DNA from: an uncultured Chloroflexia bacterium
GTDB taxonomy: Bacteria > Chloroflexota > Limnocylindria > Limnocylindrales > CSP1-4
Direction: 5' to 3'
DNA: 64,000 bases
Assembly (NCBI GenBank): GCA_963744095.1
Contig: CAVUSH010000002.1
Span: 69,481 to 133,480, forward strand
Shown: positions 62,866 through 64,000 of the stretch, piece after piece
Layout of the letters: the number at the start of each line of letters is the position of its first letter
Numbering within the stretch: position 1 is the stretch's first letter
The notes under the pieces: model-generated
What the model was told of the DNA's origin: nothing
The model's input: the letters and a program-made list of their open reading frames with translations, nothing else
Databases searched by the model: none
Translations under genes and position numbers: made by a program

Positions 62866-63996
62866 TCAGGCCCCCGGACCGGGGCGGGCGATCCGCCCCC
62901 CGCCGAGAACGACATCCGGCTCGTCGGGGTCGAACAGGACGCAGGCCTGACCGGGCGCGGCCGCCCAGACGGGCGTGTCGGTCTCGACGGCCCAGGTGCC
63001 GCCGCCGCCCGCTGCCGGGCGCACCGTCGCCGCCACCGGGGTGGCCCGGTGGCGCACCTGCGCCAGCGCCCGGAACTCCGGAGGCGACGCCGCCGGCCGC
63101 GGTCGCCCCGGCGCTTCCCCCGCGACGAACGTCATCTCGTGGATCGCGAAGGCCCGCGTCTCCAGCTCGGAGCGCCTGGCCAGGACGATCGTGTTCGAGA
63201 CCGGGTCGACCCGGCTCACGTAGCGCGGCTCCCCGACGGCCGCGCCCACCCCGCGCCGCTGGCCGACCGTGAAGGCGGCGGCCCCGCCGTGCTCGCCGAC
63301 GACCCGGCCATCGGTCGCGTCCACCGTTGGCCCCGGCGCCGGCAGCCAGCCGGCCCGCGCCCGGAGCGCCGCGTGCACGTTGCCCTCGGGCACGAAGCAG
63401 ATCTCCATGCTCTCGGCCTTGTCGGCCGTGACCAGGCCCCTGGCCCGGGCGATGGACCTGACCTGGTCCTTCACGAGGTCGCCGAGCGGGAAGAGGGCGC
63501 GGGCCACCTGGTCCTGTCGAAGGCCGTAGAGGAAGTAGGCCTGGTCCTTCGCCCGGTCGGCGCCACGGAGGAGACGGTGGACCTGCCCGGCCGCGGTTTC
63601 GACGACGTCCGTGCGTGCGTAGTGACCGGTCGCGACGGCATCGCAGTCGTAGAGGTGCCGCGCCCGCCCCAGGAGCGCCCCGAACTTCACGTAGCTGTTG
63701 CAGTCGACGCAGGGGCTCGGCGTCTCGCCGTCGAGGTAGGCCGCCAGGAAGGGGCGGATGACGCCGGCGTCGAACTCGCGCTCCAGGTTCAGGACGTAGA
63801 ACGGGATCCCCAGCTGCGCCGCGACGCGGCGGGCGTCTTCGGCGGCGTCGGCGCTGCAGCAGCTCTTCCTGACCTCGGAGTACGCGTCGGCGCCGTCGTG
63901 GACGCGCATCCAGACGCCGACGACGTCGTGGCCGGCCTCGGCGAGCAGGGCGGCCGCGACCGACGAATCCACGCCCCCCGACATCGCCACGAGCAC
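62866..63996 (-). CDS. mnmA: tRNA 2-thiouridine(34) synthase MnmA (start at GTG 63996, or beyond the window edge)
   Basis: PP-loop [11 protein letters not shown], catalytic Cys region [15 protein letters not shown]. The frame remains open to base 64000. Confidence 0.9.
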   Translation of the reverse strand: MLVAMSGGVDSSVAAALLAEAGHDVVGVWMRVHDGADAYSEVRKSCCSADAAEDARRVAAQLGIPFYVLNLEREFDAGVIRPFLAAYLDGETPSPCVDCNSYVKFGALLGRARHLYDCDAVATGHYARTDVVETAAGQVHRLLRGADRAKDQAYFLYGLRQDQVARALFPLGDLVKDQVRSIARARGLVTADKAESMEICFVPEGNVHAALRARAGWLPAPGPTVDATDGRVVGEHGGAAAFTVGQRRGVGAAVGEPRYVSRVDPVSNTIVLARRSELETRAFAIHEMTFVAGEAPGRPRPAASPPEFRALAQVRHRATPVAATVRPAAGGGGTWAVETDTPVWAAAPGQACVLFDPDEPDVVLGGGRIARPGPGA

Positions 63997-64000
63997 GCGC

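Overview
This is a very GC-rich bacterial chromosomal segment. GC is over 70% by eye and was not computed. Most long ORFs in the six-frame track are GC-driven shadow ORFs. I support about 65 real genes. More than 85% are on the minus strand, and many are joined by ATGA/GTGA 4-nt stop/start overlaps.

The backbone is housekeeping, with gene order like that of Actinobacteria:
- mnmA, then alaS-(ftsA-like)-(595-aa membrane protein)-ruvX-mltG
- pepP, a CAP-domain protein, efp, xseA-xseB and dxs
- tlyA-nadK-recN-xerD, a PH/SHOCT protein, and M50 protease-HD
- scpA-scpB-rluB-amidohydrolase-cmk-plsC-ispH-der
- a Moco string (moeA-moaC-mog) running straight into an ETF string (etfD-like, etfB, etfA)
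- nrdR-dcd
- a thiol-redox trio (glutaredoxin-like, ccdA, tlpA-like)

Two tRNA-anchored accessory patches stand out.
1. 1319-5307: tRNA-Arg(CCT) is followed by a ladder of four displaced copies of its own 3' end. The copies separate one- or two-gene modules (LRR protein, DUF1697 protein, a small membrane protein, gene remnants).
2. 26994-30945: a 3.8-kb island at tRNA-Pro(GGG) is bounded by perfect 79-bp direct repeats and carries five small co-oriented ORFs. Every gene junction holds a copy of a ~50-70 nt foldable repeat (six copies). This cassette-array-like layout has no integrase in the window and is the most unusual thing I see.

Other signals are tandem NrdR boxes upstream of nrdR-dcd, a CRP-type palindrome next to a crp-family gene, a perfect 16-bp palindrome in a divergent promoter region, and an Arg32-type EF-P.

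I saw no rRNA, CRISPR array or transposase, and no integrase other than housekeeping xerD.

All coordinates were hand-counted, so non-coding boundaries are good to about +/-2 nt. Start codons were chosen by RBS and overlap logic and are not verified.
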